Below, piece by piece: positions 1 through 9,941 of a DNA stretch of 64,000 bases. The position numbers and the translations under genes are program-made. The DNA is taken from contig QCJX01000002.1 in NCBI GenBank assembly GCA_003215725.1, positions 32,249 to 96,248 of the forward strand, given 5' to 3'. The number at the start of each line of letters is the position of its first letter. Positions within the stretch are counted from its first letter, which is position 1. This DNA comes from Prochlorococcus sp. AG-409-I11 (GTDB taxonomy: Bacteria; Cyanobacteriota; Cyanobacteriia; PCC-6307; Cyanobiaceae). Below the pieces are notes generated by a model. That model saw only the letters and a program-made list of their open reading frames with translations. It was not told the origin of the DNA and did no database searches.

Positions 1-353
1 AATTTTGTTTGTATAGGCTGGCTATAAATTTCTTGCATTAAAGGTACAAAAGATTCTTTCCCAACTGAAGAAATTCGCTCTAGGACTGGTTTGGGATTTT
101 CGTACCTTGTTTGGATCCCTTCTAAATTTAAAACACCTAAAGCGCCTAGTTTTGACAAGGCAATTGCCATATTTACGTCTACCACCCCATCCATTGCACT
201 GGCAATGATAGGTATCTTTCTTTTAATTCCACCAAGACTCCAGCTGGTATCAGTTACCTCAGGATCAACTGTCCTATTGCCTGGAACAAGAGCAATCTCG
301 TCGATGCCATAGGCTCTGCGAACAGATTTGGAACGCCCTAGCTGAATATTCAC
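1..353 (-). CDS. guaB: IMP dehydrogenase-family protein (guaB-like). The N-terminal 117 codons are present and the gene runs off the left window edge.
   Basis: Manual reverse-complement translation from GTG at 353-351 gives MNIQLGRSKSVRRAYGIDEIALVPGNRTVDPEVTDTSWSLGGIKRKIPIIASAMDGVVDVNMAIALSKLGALGVLNLEG. This is typical of the IMPDH/GMP-reductase barrel N-terminus. It is not in the ORF track because it is partial. Confidence 0.8.
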   Translation of the reverse strand, partial: MNIQLGRSKSVRRAYGIDEIALVPGNRTVDPEVTDTSWSLGGIKRKIPIIASAMDGVVDVNMAIALSKLGALGVLNLEGIQTRYENPKPVLERISSVGKESFVPLMQEIYSQPIQTK

Positions 354-429
354 ATCAGGCTAAATAAAGTATCGTAAAGCTACCAAGAGGCGCGATAAAT
401 TCCTCGTTTGTGGTGAAGAACTGATCAAA

Positions 430-1080
430 TTAGAAAGTTTTCTTGGAATCTTTTTTATTTGATACCCCATTTTGGCCTGTTTTGCTTCTCTCTGTTTCCA
501 TAAGACGTTTGATGATAAAAACTACCAGCCATATGACTCCAGTAAGTTCAAAAAGTCCTGGAGCAAGAGGGATGCGAGCTATTCGGCTCAAGATACCTGA
601 ATAAGCTTTCAAAAGAACTATTAATGAAATCAAGCCAATCACCAAAATCGTTGGATTGATCAGCTGATTGGATTTGGGTAAGAAATTAATATTTCTAGAC
701 CAGTTGGATAGTTTGCTTTTCAGTAGTTCCCATTCCCCTTCTTCTTCAAAATTAGAAGAAGCGAGGCCTTCTATGTTGATGTCCTGAGATTCCTGCTCTT
801 CTTCACTTTTGTTTAAGATTTCCGACGTGTTGGAATCGTCGATTGGCTTTGTTTGTTCTTGCGTAGTCCTGAAAGAAGGGTCTGACTTTTCTTCGACAGT
901 CTTTTCTGATCTAGGAGTTGACTTTGAATCATTTAAAGGAATTGATATTCTGTCTTCAGATCCATTGCCACTAGAAGCTTCGTTCTTATTTTCGATCTCT
1001 AGTTTTTCGCTTTCGAAAGATAATGAGTCTTTTTCAATTTCTTCTTTTTTTTCTGAATTTGGATCCATAAAAGTGCTCAT
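430..1080 (-). CDS. CAAD/CurT (CURT1)-like membrane protein with an acidic low-complexity N-terminal region
   Basis: The C-terminal part, NPTILVIGLISLIVLLKAYSGILSRIARIPLAPGLFELTGVIWLVVFIIKRL, looks like the two-helix CAAD hairpin. The N-terminal ~140 aa are rich in E, S, K and N. Confidence 0.55.
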   Translation of the reverse strand: MSTFMDPNSEKKEEIEKDSLSFESEKLEIENKNEASSGNGSEDRISIPLNDSKSTPRSEKTVEEKSDPSFRTTQEQTKPIDDSNTSEILNKSEEEQESQDINIEGLASSNFEEEGEWELLKSKLSNWSRNINFLPKSNQLINPTILVIGLISLIVLLKAYSGILSRIARIPLAPGLFELTGVIWLVVFIIKRLMETERSKTGQNGVSNKKDSKKTF

Positions 1081-1231
1081 TTCTTATTCCGTTAATGGTT
1101 TCCTTCTTAAATATGCCCTGTTTTTTTAATCAAAGGGAACTAATAGAGCTTAATGGAGAAAATTGTTTGGTTTTTTTTACAGCAACTAGCCTGATGCCGA
1201 GATAATCTGGTGGTTGGCAAAAGGCTCTTAC

Positions 1232-3856
1232 ATGGCTGATCCTTTGGGCCCCGTTAGCGGAGGTTCTGGCGAGTCCGAAGATCGGATCATTCAGACGGAT
1301 TTGCGTAATGAGATGTCGCGCTCCTATTTGGAGTATGCGATGAGTGTGATAGTTGGTCGTGCTTTGCCAGATGCCAGGGATGGGTTGAAGCCCGTTCATA
1401 GGCGCATCCTTTATGCAATGTATGAATTGGGTCTGATTAGCGAAAGACCCTATAGAAAATGCGCTCGTGTTGTTGGAGAAGTGCTGGGTAAGTATCACCC
1501 TCATGGGGATACAGCGGTTTATGACGCATTAGTTCGGATGGCTCAGGATTTTTCCATGCGAATGCCATTGATAGATGGACATGGAAATTTTGGATCTGTT
1601 GATAATGATCCTCCTGCAGCTATGAGGTATACAGAGTCCAGGCTGCAAGCGCTGACTACGGATGGACTGCTTGAAGATATTGAAGCTGAAACAGTTGATT
1701 TTTCGGATAACTTTGATGGATCACAACAAGAGCCGACAGTTTTACCGGCTCGCATTCCTCAGCTATTGCTGAATGGTTCGTCTGGTATTGCCGTTGGAAT
1801 GGCAACCAATATCCCCCCCCATAACCTTGGAGAATTAATTGATGGATTAAAAGCATTGATTTTGAACCCTGATATGAAAGATCAGGATTTGATGCAAATA
1901 ATTACTGGGCCAGATTTTCCTACTGGAGGACAGATTCTTGGAAGAAGTGGTATTAGAGAAACATATATTTCTGGAAGAGGCTCGGTAACGATGCGTGGGG
2001 TTGCGGAAATAGAAACAATTGAATCTTCTGGACGTCCTGATAGAGATGCTGTAATCATTACTCAACTTCCTTACCAAACAAATAAGGCAGCATTGATTGA
2101 AAGAATTGCTGATATGGTTAATGATAAAAAATTAGAGGGTATTTCTGATATTAGAGATGAAAGTGATAGAGATGGTATGCGAATAGTTGTTGAGTTAAGG
2201 CGAGATGCTTACCCTCAAGTTGTTTTAAACAATCTTTTTAAACTGACTCCTTTGCAAAGTAACTTTAGTGCAAATATGTTAGCACTTGTTGATGGTGAAC
2301 CCGTTATACTTACTTTGAGAAAAATGTTGCAAGTATTTTTAGATTTTAGGATTGAGACTATAGAAAGAAGGACACGTTATTTGTTGAGAAAAGCAGAAGA
2401 GAGAGACCATATTCTTTTGGGACTTCTTCTTGCTCTTGATCAATTGGATGAAATAATTGCATTGATTAGAGCCGCTTCAGACACTGCAAAAGCCAAGCAG
2501 GAGTTGCAAATTAACCATGGATTAACTGCTATACAGGCTGATGCAATATTGCAAATGCAACTTAGAAGATTAACTGCTTTAGAAGCAGATAAAATAAGAT
2601 TAGAGCATGAAGATCTTTTGGTTAAAATTTCTGATTTTAAAGATATTTTAGAGAAGAGAGAAAGGGTGTTTTCTATTATTGAAGAGGAATTAGGAAAGAT
2701 CCGTGAAAAATATTATTCTCCAAGGCGCACAGAAATATTGGATTTAGGTGGAGGGTTGGAAGATATAGATTTGATAGCGAATGAAAGATCAGTTGTTCTA
2801 TTAACAAAAACAGGTTATTTAAAGAGAATGCCTGTTAGCGAGTTTGAAGCTACAAGTCGTGGAACTCGGGGGAAAGCAGGTACACGAAGTCAAGGAGAAG
2901 AAGAAGTAAGACTATTTATTAGTTGCAATGATCATGACAGTCTTCTTCTCTTTAGTGATAGAGGTGTTGCATATGCGTTGCCTACATATCGGGTACCACA
3001 ATGCAGCAGATCTGCAAAAGGAACTCCAGTTGTTCAATTGCTTCCAATTCCTCGCGAAGAAGAAATTACTTCTTTGTTGTCAGTTAATTCTTTTGATGAT
3101 GATACTCACTTGTTAATGCTTACTAAAGGAGGCTTTATTAAAAGAACTTCTGTAGCTGCTTTTGGCAAGATCAGGTCTAATGGTCTAATTGCTATTGGCT
3201 TAGAAGAGGGAGATGCCTTGACTTGGGTGAGATTAGCTGTTCCTGGAGATAGCGTTTTAATTGGTTCAAGAACAGGAATGACTATTCATTTCAGGCTGAA
3301 TGATGAAGAGCTGCGACCATTAGGTAGAACAGCTAGAGGAGTTAGATCAATGAATTTGCGAGACGGTGACTCTTTGGTAAGTATGGATGTGTTACCTAAT
3401 GAGTTGGCAGATCAAATAGCAAAGAGTGTTGATGAAGATTTGGCAAGTTCAAATTCTTCTTCCAATAGTGATGGCCCTTGGGTTTTAGTGGCTTCTGCTA
3501 GTGGGCTAGGTAAAAGAGTCCCTGTTACTCAATTCCGGTTGCAAAAAAGAGCTGGTATGGGATTGCGTGCAATTAAATTCAGGCGCGAAGGAGATGAGCT
3601 TGTTGGTTTGAAAGTTTTAGGCCAAGGAGAAGAGCTTTTATTTGTTAGTGAGCGTGGCGTAATAGTTAGAACAAGTGCAGACCAAATACCTCAGCAGTCA
3701 CGAGCAGCAACTGGAGTTAAACTCCAACGTCTTGATTCAGGCGATCGTTTATCAGAAGTTGTTTTGGTTCCACCTGAGCCGGAAGAACAAGATAACTCTG
3801 ATGAAAAAATTGGTTCCAGTGAAGATGCAGGAACCAGTGATGTTCCTTCTACTTGA
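1232..3856 (+). CDS. gyrA: DNA gyrase subunit A
   Basis: Motifs [16 protein letters not shown] and [10 protein letters not shown] (active-site Tyr) are present, followed by C-terminal beta-pinwheel repeats. The ORF is open from TTG 1214; ATG 1232 (MADPLG) is the more likely start. Confidence 0.95.
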   Translation: MADPLGPVSGGSGESEDRIIQTDLRNEMSRSYLEYAMSVIVGRALPDARDGLKPVHRRILYAMYELGLISERPYRKCARVVGEVLGKYHPHGDTAVYDALVRMAQDFSMRMPLIDGHGNFGSVDNDPPAAMRYTESRLQALTTDGLLEDIEAETVDFSDNFDGSQQEPTVLPARIPQLLLNGSSGIAVGMATNIPPHNLGELIDGLKALILNPDMKDQDLMQIITGPDFPTGGQILGRSGIRETYISGRGSVTMRGVAEIETIESSGRPDRDAVIITQLPYQTNKAALIERIADMVNDKKLEGISDIRDESDRDGMRIVVELRRDAYPQVVLNNLFKLTPLQSNFSANMLALVDGEPVILTLRKMLQVFLDFRIETIERRTRYLLRKAEERDHILLGLLLALDQLDEIIALIRAASDTAKAKQELQINHGLTAIQADAILQMQLRRLTALEADKIRLEHEDLLVKISDFKDILEKRERVFSIIEEELGKIREKYYSPRRTEILDLGGGLEDIDLIANERSVVLLTKTGYLKRMPVSEFEATSRGTRGKAGTRSQGEEEVRLFISCNDHDSLLLFSDRGVAYALPTYRVPQCSRSAKGTPVVQLLPIPREEEITSLLSVNSFDDDTHLLMLTKGGFIKRTSVAAFGKIRSNGLIAIGLEEGDALTWVRLAVPGDSVLIGSRTGMTIHFRLNDEELRPLGRTARGVRSMNLRDGDSLVSMDVLPNELADQIAKSVDEDLASSNSSSNSDGPWVLVASASGLGKRVPVTQFRLQKRAGMGLRAIKFRREGDELVGLKVLGQGEELLFVSERGVIVRTSADQIPQQSRAATGVKLQRLDSGDRLSEVVLVPPEPEEQDNSDEKIGSSEDAGTSDVPST

Positions 3857-5082
3857 AATTGAACAACTGCGCCGATGTATTGGTATTAGGAGCTGGGCCG
3901 GCAGCTCTATGCATTGTCTCTGAATTAGTTCAACAAGGGCTTGAAGTTATTGCACTGGCTTCTCATTCTCCTGAGAAGCCTTGGCCAAATACTTATGGGA
4001 TCTGGGCTGAAGAACTTGAGCCTTTAGGAATGACCTCTTTATTAGGGCATCGATGGACAAACACTATTAGTTACTTTGGTGATGGTGTTGGTAAAAAAGG
4101 TCAACTTCCAATTGAACATAATTTTGACTATGGTCTTTTTGATCAAGTTGCTTTGCAACGAGCTTTGTTAGATAAATGTAATGGGATGATTTGGTGTGAA
4201 GAAACAGCTTATAAAATCCATTACTTAAAAGAAAACACAGAGGTTATATGTGTTTCAGGAAATTCTTACCAAGCAAGGCTTGTTATTGACGCCAGTGGTC
4301 ATAAAAGTAAGTTCATTAGTCGTCCTGATCAAGGGCCCGTAGCTCAACAAGCGGCTTATGGAGTTGTTGGAAGGTTTAGTTCTCCACCAGTTGAAAAAGA
4401 TCAATTTGTCTTGATGGACTTCAGGCCAGATCACCTTGATGAAAAACAAGTACACGAACCTCCAACATTTCTTTATGCGATGGACTTTGGCGATGGCGTT
4501 TACTTTGTAGAGGAAACTTCTCTTGCATGTTCACCTCCACTTTCATGGAATACTTTAAAAGAAAGACTTATTGCAAGATTGGCACACCGTGGAGTTGAGA
4601 TAGAAGAAATAATTCATGAAGAACATTGCTTATTCCCTATGAATCTTCCTTTGCCTGCAAGGAATCAACCCCTTCTTGCTTTTGGTGGAGCAGCAAGTAT
4701 GGTTCATCCTGCCTCTGGCTATATGGTTGGAGCTTTGTTGAGAAGAGCTCCTAACTTGGCAAAGCAATTGGCTAAGGCGCTTGCTTTAGACCCTCCTTTA
4801 GATTCTGCAAGTCTTGCTAAAGAAGGATGGGATGTCCTTTGGACTCCTGAGTTGGTTCAGCGTCATCGTCTTTATCAATTTGGCCTGAACAGATTGATGA
4901 GTTTTAATGAGTCTTATTTAAGAAATTTCTTTGCTACTTTTTTCAGATTGCCTAAAGAAGACTGGTCTGGATTTTTGGCTAATACACTACCGTTACCACG
5001 CTTATTAGTTGTGATGCTCAGACTTTTCTTTATTTCACCATTGCATATAAAACTAGGAATGGTTGGTTTAGTAAAGATTTGA
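3853..5082 (+). CDS. crtL: Lycopene cyclase, CrtL type
   Basis: N-terminal Rossmann motif [13 protein letters not shown] and CrtL-like length (409 aa). There is no ATG before the Rossmann motif. TTG 3853 overlaps the gyrA stop (TTGA); TTG 3859 is an alternative start. Confidence 0.85.
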   Translation: MKLNNCADVLVLGAGPAALCIVSELVQQGLEVIALASHSPEKPWPNTYGIWAEELEPLGMTSLLGHRWTNTISYFGDGVGKKGQLPIEHNFDYGLFDQVALQRALLDKCNGMIWCEETAYKIHYLKENTEVICVSGNSYQARLVIDASGHKSKFISRPDQGPVAQQAAYGVVGRFSSPPVEKDQFVLMDFRPDHLDEKQVHEPPTFLYAMDFGDGVYFVEETSLACSPPLSWNTLKERLIARLAHRGVEIEEIIHEEHCLFPMNLPLPARNQPLLAFGGAASMVHPASGYMVGALLRRAPNLAKQLAKALALDPPLDSASLAKEGWDVLWTPELVQRHRLYQFGLNRLMSFNESYLRNFFATFFRLPKEDWSGFLANTLPLPRLLVVMLRLFFISPLHIKLGMVGLVKI

Positions 5083-6651
5083 ATCGTTTTTATATGAATT
5101 CCAGTCTTTAGTTTCAATAGCAGGAAATATATAATCTTCATTTTCTACCTTTGATAAGAAATCAGTAGATATTTTATCTTTCCCTTCTAAGCAATTTATT
5201 AGTGACCAAAATCTATTTAAATGTCTATGAATGCGTTCTTTTGCAAGCTCAGTTGTTGTTCCTGCTCTTAAGATAAAGCTCCAATCTGATGACTGAGCTA
5301 AAAGTAACTCTCTTGCTGCTTGTTTAAGAAGTTTGTTTTCAAAAGTATTGGACCTGACTTTATTTGAATGTTTAACCATGGCTGTGCCTGCTTTTGTCCA
5401 TTCAGGAACAATCCAAGCATTACTTTCATTTAGCCAGTAATGGTGATATCCCCCTTGTCCCCAACTTGATGGGGAAGGATTGCAAAGTTGCAGGGTTTGA
5501 GTCTTTTGAAGTACATCTTTAAGACGGGTAAATTCAACTTTTTCTTTCTTTGCTTGCTTGAAAAGTTCAAATAGGAATTTTGGGCCTTCAAACCACCAGT
5601 GACCAAAAAGTTCTGCATCAAATGGTGCAACTAATAGAGGCGATATCTCCATTTTTTCCTCAAGCAAGTCAAGTTGTATTTTTCTGCCTTGTAGATAATT
5701 TTTTGCATGCTTCTTTACAAGACCTGAAGCCATATCCTGATCATATAGTTCCTTATTTTCTAAACGAATATTTTGAGCGGTGATCTTATGTAGTTTTAGC
5801 CCAAGTGGTCGTGCGTCTTTAATCCCATATTTAGTGAGTTTTTCTAGAGGGAGATCCCATCCAAGATCTCTATGAAATTCTCGATATTCTGCTGCCCCTG
5901 GGTAACCTTCTTTTGCAGACCAAACTGGAAGTGTTGAGTCACTATCTCTTCCAAAAAATGCTATTCCATTTTTGCTACAAATTGGAGCATATAGGCCATA
6001 CCTAGGTCTTGGACTTGCATGAAGTAAGCCATGACCATCTAAGACTGCATATCTGAGGCCCACTTCTTGCATGATTTCATCTAGATTTTCGTAATAAGCA
6101 CATTCAGGTAACCAAATACCCAAAGGTTTGATACCAAGCAAACGAAAATGTTCTTTTATGGCTGTTTTGAGTTGCCCTTTTACTGTCTCAGGGTTCTCCC
6201 TTAGAAGAGGGAGATAACCATGCGTGGCTGCGCAGGTAAGGATATCAATAACTTCTGAGCGCTCTAATGATTGAAACCTACGAATTAAATTGCCTTCATA
6301 TTTTTTCCAATTATCAAGTTGCCTTTTGATACTTTCTTGAAGATTTATTGAGGCAAAGGTTTTATTGTAAGGAGAATCTTTAAGTATCTGAATCCTTGTA
6401 TCAACCCAGGAAGGAAAGCGATTCTTGAGAACTTTGTCGTTTAATAGAGAAAGTAGGGTAGGGGAAATGCTAATAGTTATTTTTGGGGATTGATCCTTTT
6501 CATTCTTAGCCTTTTCAAGGGTTTCTATCAGAGGTAAGTAGCATTCCATTAACGCTTGAAAGAACCAGTCTTCTTCCAAAGAACCCGGCTCTATCGACCT
6601 TACATAAGGAAGATGAGCATGAAGAACTAGGGCTAACTTGCCTTTTCCCAA
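5068..6651 (-). CDS. Glycoside hydrolase family 57 protein (alpha-glucan branching/processing enzyme-like)
   Basis: N-terminus LALVLHAHLPYVR is typical of GH57, and the 527 aa length fits. Confidence 0.85.
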   Translation of the reverse strand: MGKGKLALVLHAHLPYVRSIEPGSLEEDWFFQALMECYLPLIETLEKAKNEKDQSPKITISISPTLLSLLNDKVLKNRFPSWVDTRIQILKDSPYNKTFASINLQESIKRQLDNWKKYEGNLIRRFQSLERSEVIDILTCAATHGYLPLLRENPETVKGQLKTAIKEHFRLLGIKPLGIWLPECAYYENLDEIMQEVGLRYAVLDGHGLLHASPRPRYGLYAPICSKNGIAFFGRDSDSTLPVWSAKEGYPGAAEYREFHRDLGWDLPLEKLTKYGIKDARPLGLKLHKITAQNIRLENKELYDQDMASGLVKKHAKNYLQGRKIQLDLLEEKMEISPLLVAPFDAELFGHWWFEGPKFLFELFKQAKKEKVEFTRLKDVLQKTQTLQLCNPSPSSWGQGGYHHYWLNESNAWIVPEWTKAGTAMVKHSNKVRSNTFENKLLKQAARELLLAQSSDWSFILRAGTTTELAKERIHRHLNRFWSLINCLEGKDKISTDFLSKVENEDYIFPAIETKDWNSYKNDSNLY

Positions 6652-6999
6652 AATTTAGCCAACTGGATTCTCCAATTTATAATGGATTGAGTCATGTTTA
6701 TCTCTAATCTTGACAATTGATAGATGAACAAAAGACTTTTGAACAATTTTTTTGATATTAGCCTTTAATGAAGGAAGGGTTTTAAGAGCCAGCAATTAAG
6801 TGCTACCAACTCTTTGATTTCATAATTCTAATTTTTTCTCAAAGTGTTTTTAAAGGGACCCATCCTTCAACTATTAAAAATTTCAATCCAAAATGGCCTC
6901 AAATTATTAGCATTCTAAGTACTTAGTTTTTATAAATAGTAGAAATTGAATTAGAGTAACTATTAGTAGTGCTTGCTACTAGTTCTTAAAAATTTTGTT

Positions 7000-8622
7000 A
7001 TGGCCAAAGATCCGGGCCGAGTACTCATCTTTGACACAACCTTAAGGGATGGAGAACAGTCCCCTGGTGCAAGTCTTAACTTAGAGGAAAAGCTTGCTAT
7101 AGCTCAGCAATTAGCAAGATTAGGGGTAGATGTTATTGAAGCTGGCTTCCCTTTCGCAAGTCAAGGTGATTTTGCGGCTGTTCAGCGTATTGCTGAGCAA
7201 GTGGGAGGGGAGGAAGGTCCTATTATTTGTGGCTTAGCTCGTGCTTCTGGTCCTGACATAAAGGCTTGTGCAAAAGCTATTGAAGCTGCTCCTCGAAAAA
7301 GAATTCACACTTTCATTGCCACTAGTGATATACACCTTGAACACAAGCTTAAAAAATCCAGAAAAGAGGTTTTAGAGATTGTCCCTGAAATGGTTAAATA
7401 TGCTAGATCTTTTGTGGATGATGTTGAGTTTTCTTGTGAGGATGCAGCAAGAAGTGATCCTGAGTTTCTATATGAAGTAATTGAACTTGCAATATCTGCC
7501 GGTGCTGGAACGATTAATATTCCTGACACTGTTGGTTATATAACACCATCGGAATTTGGAGAATTAATATCAGGAATTGATAAGAATGTTTCTAATATTG
7601 ATGAAGCAATACTGTCTGTCCATGGACATAATGATTTAGGTTTAGCCGTTGCTAACTTTCTTGAGGCAGTTAAAAAAGGGGCTAGACAACTTGAGTGCAC
7701 TATTAATGGGATAGGTGAAAGGGCTGGGAATGCTGCCCTTGAGGAATTAGTTATGTCTTTGCATGTTAGACGCAGATACTTCAACCCTTTTTTCAAAAGA
7801 GAGCCTGACTCACCAACACCTTTGACTGCTATTAGAACAGAAGAAATTACAAAAACTTCTCGATTAGTATCTAACTTGACAGGAATGGTTGTTCAGCCAA
7901 ACAAAGCTATTGTTGGTGCAAATGCTTTCGCTCATGAGTCTGGAATTCATCAAGATGGAGTTTTAAAAAACCGGCTTACTTATGAAATTGTTGATGCTCA
8001 AACAGTAGGCTTGGCTGATAATAGAATTTCGTTAGGGAAACTCAGTGGAAGAAGTGCTGTACGTGCAAGACTTGAGGAACTTGGTTATGATTTAAGTAGA
8101 GAAGATTTAAATGAAGCATTTGCACGTTTTAAGGACTTGGCAGATAGAAAACGTGAGATTACTGATAGAGATTTAGAAGCAATAGTGAGCGAGCAGGTTC
8201 AACAACCTGAAGCTCGTTTTCAATTGAAACTAGTTCAAGTCAGTTGCGGAACAGCTCTTAGGCCAACCGCAACAATTACGCTTTCTGATCAAGATGGTAA
8301 AGAGGAAACCAGAGCCTCGGTCGGCACTGGCCCTGTTGATGCAGTATGTAGAGCACTTGATTCTCTTGCGGATGAACCTAATGAATTAGTTGAATTTTCA
8401 GTGAAATCAGTTACTGAAGGTATTGACGCCATGGGCGAAGTGACTATCAGGTTAAGGCGTAATGGACATCTTTACTCTGGTCATTCTGCTGATACTGATG
8501 TTGTAGTTGCAGCTGCACAAGCCTATGTGAATGCTCTAAACCGTTTGGTGGCTAATGAAAATGCTCAGTCAATTCATCCTCAGCGGGATCTTGTTGAACC
8601 GGCAAAGAGACCATCGATATAG
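7000..8622 (+). CDS. leuA: 2-isopropylmalate synthase
   Basis: Motifs LRDGEQSPG and [12 protein letters not shown], plus a C-terminal LeuA dimerisation/regulatory domain. ATG 7000 ([20 protein letters not shown]) is preferred over the upstream TTG 6973. Confidence 0.95.
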   Translation: MAKDPGRVLIFDTTLRDGEQSPGASLNLEEKLAIAQQLARLGVDVIEAGFPFASQGDFAAVQRIAEQVGGEEGPIICGLARASGPDIKACAKAIEAAPRKRIHTFIATSDIHLEHKLKKSRKEVLEIVPEMVKYARSFVDDVEFSCEDAARSDPEFLYEVIELAISAGAGTINIPDTVGYITPSEFGELISGIDKNVSNIDEAILSVHGHNDLGLAVANFLEAVKKGARQLECTINGIGERAGNAALEELVMSLHVRRRYFNPFFKREPDSPTPLTAIRTEEITKTSRLVSNLTGMVVQPNKAIVGANAFAHESGIHQDGVLKNRLTYEIVDAQTVGLADNRISLGKLSGRSAVRARLEELGYDLSREDLNEAFARFKDLADRKREITDRDLEAIVSEQVQQPEARFQLKLVQVSCGTALRPTATITLSDQDGKEETRASVGTGPVDAVCRALDSLADEPNELVEFSVKSVTEGIDAMGEVTIRLRRNGHLYSGHSADTDVVVAAAQAYVNALNRLVANENAQSIHPQRDLVEPAKRPSI

Positions 8623-8773
8623 TTGGATTTTTCGAGCGATGTTGTCTCTAGAAAGAAGGCGGGTCCTCTTCGATTGATTATTTTCTGGACTTAGGATTGC
8701 AAGATTAAAGAAATTCATTTTTTTTCAGCCCATGGAGATAAGATAGAGAGTGACAGTTGTGCATGCGTACATA

Positions 8774-9013
8774 ATGACTATTATCTCTCAGAGCCTTTAT
8801 CGATTGGTAGGACTTGATGGAAGACCTCACCATGTACTTGATGCTCCATATGAATCCATAGAGGCAGCAATTGCTGCAGCAACAGAATGGACGGAGGGGC
8901 AAGGTCTCGCTTGTTCTCTTTCAGAAAGAGCTATTGGCATACAGGTCTCAACAGTAAATGGTTCCTGGAGAACAATTCGTTATCCAGATGCTTTAAAACA
9001 ACTGGGTTTTTAA
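8774..9013 (+). CDS. Small hypothetical protein
   Basis: The ORF is open from 8750, with the first ATG at 8774 (MTIISQSLYRLVGLDG). The composition looks coding. No family recognised. Confidence 0.45.
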   Translation: MTIISQSLYRLVGLDGRPHHVLDAPYESIEAAIAAATEWTEGQGLACSLSERAIGIQVSTVNGSWRTIRYPDALKQLGF

Positions 9014-9032
9014 TAACAATTTCTTTCTGCTT

Positions 9033-9341
9033 ATGTGGGTAAGTATCGATTTATGTGTGGTTCCTATAGGTGTAGGGATTTCCTTGTCTCCATATATTGC
9101 TGCCTGTGTAGAAGTTATAAAAGAGAAAGGACTAGATTATGAACTTGGTCCAAATGGTACTTCTATAGAGGGAGAATGGGAACAGGTGTTTGAATGTGTA
9201 AAGGCTTGTCATGAAAAGGTTCACACCTTAGGAGCGAAACGTATCTATACAACATTGAAAGTTAATAGTCGAATTGATCGACTTCAGTCATTTCGAGAAA
9301 AAGTACTAAGTGTGACTTCAGTAAAGCCACCATCAGCTTAA
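9033..9341 (+). CDS. UPF0045 / MTH1187-YkoF family (thiamine-binding-like) protein
   Basis: The 102 aa sequence MWVSIDLCVVPIGVG...ELGPNGTSIEGEW..V......H matches the characteristic pattern of this family. Confidence 0.7.
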   Translation: MWVSIDLCVVPIGVGISLSPYIAACVEVIKEKGLDYELGPNGTSIEGEWEQVFECVKACHEKVHTLGAKRIYTTLKVNSRIDRLQSFREKVLSVTSVKPPSA

Positions 9342-9462
9342 TATTTAAGAGGAATGGATCTTAACTATTTAAACATTGATGGTATAAACAAAAAACCAAA
9401 TTCTTTAAACTTATTTTATTAGGCAATATTCATTTTATTGCTTAATTTAGAAGAAGCTAGAT

Positions 9463-9867
9463 TTGATGTTAATGCCTGATTTCCTTCGCGGCTATTGGTT
9501 TTTAACTTGGACAGGACTAATCGCGAATATTGTTGCTTTGCCTTTTATTGCAATTGTTGTTAGCTCAGGCCCTCCTCTTAAAGTGGCCAATATGAGCGTT
9601 GCCATTAGTTTGGCTTGGCCAGCTGCAATTGTTGGTATTGTTGCTGCTTCAGGCCTAATCGCAGAAAGGAAATGGGGGATAATTTTAACAATAGTAGCTT
9701 TGTCAATGACTCTTTCTGGGACATTGCCTTATGGACTTGTGAGACTAGTAAGAGAGAAGGATATTATTGGTTTAGGCGGCTTATCGTTATTGATAGCCAC
9801 ACTCAATTTGCTAGCATTAATTTACTGGTGTAGGCCTGGACATAGAAGAAGAAAAATAAGACTTTAG
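9463..9867 (+). CDS. Hypothetical membrane protein (about 4 TM segments)
   Basis: Four hydrophobic stretches and a basic C-terminus (GHRRRKIRL). Start is TTG 9463 or ATG 9466. Confidence 0.5.
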   Translation: MMLMPDFLRGYWFLTWTGLIANIVALPFIAIVVSSGPPLKVANMSVAISLAWPAAIVGIVAASGLIAERKWGIILTIVALSMTLSGTLPYGLVRLVREKDIIGLGGLSLLIATLNLLALIYWCRPGHRRRKIRL

Positions 9868-9941
9868 AAAAGTTTTCGTAGAAAATTTCTTTTAAAGTTA
9901 GAAGTGATGTTTTTTTGAAAGTATCAACTTATAGTGGTTAT

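Noticed and set aside
91-312. 73-codon plus-strand ORF from the ORF track at the left edge
   Set aside because: It lies entirely antisense to a clearly recognisable IMPDH-family coding sequence (minus strand, GTG start at 353). Its translation is low-complexity with no motif.
354-429. Possible Yfr1-type sRNA next to guaB
   Set aside because: I recalled that Yfr1 lies near guaB in marine picocyanobacteria. Neither strand of this 76-bp spacer contains the conserved ACTCCTCACAC core; the closest match is cttcaccacaaac. If the sRNA is present, it is outside the window.
809-1504. ORF-track entries 809-1129 (+) and 1130-1504 (-)
   Set aside because: These are antisense shadows of the CAAD-like gene and of the gyrA 5' end. 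The same applies to many other track ORFs, including 1543-2077, 7305-7796, 17400-18290, 22834-23607, 32669-33013, 33675-34025, 41952-43160, 52044-52277 and 58618-59803. All lie inside strongly supported genes on the opposite strand.
6690-6725. Leucine-attenuator leader peptide upstream of leuA
   Set aside because: The only mini-ORF (MFISNLDN) has a single Leu codon and no terminator/antiterminator pair after it.
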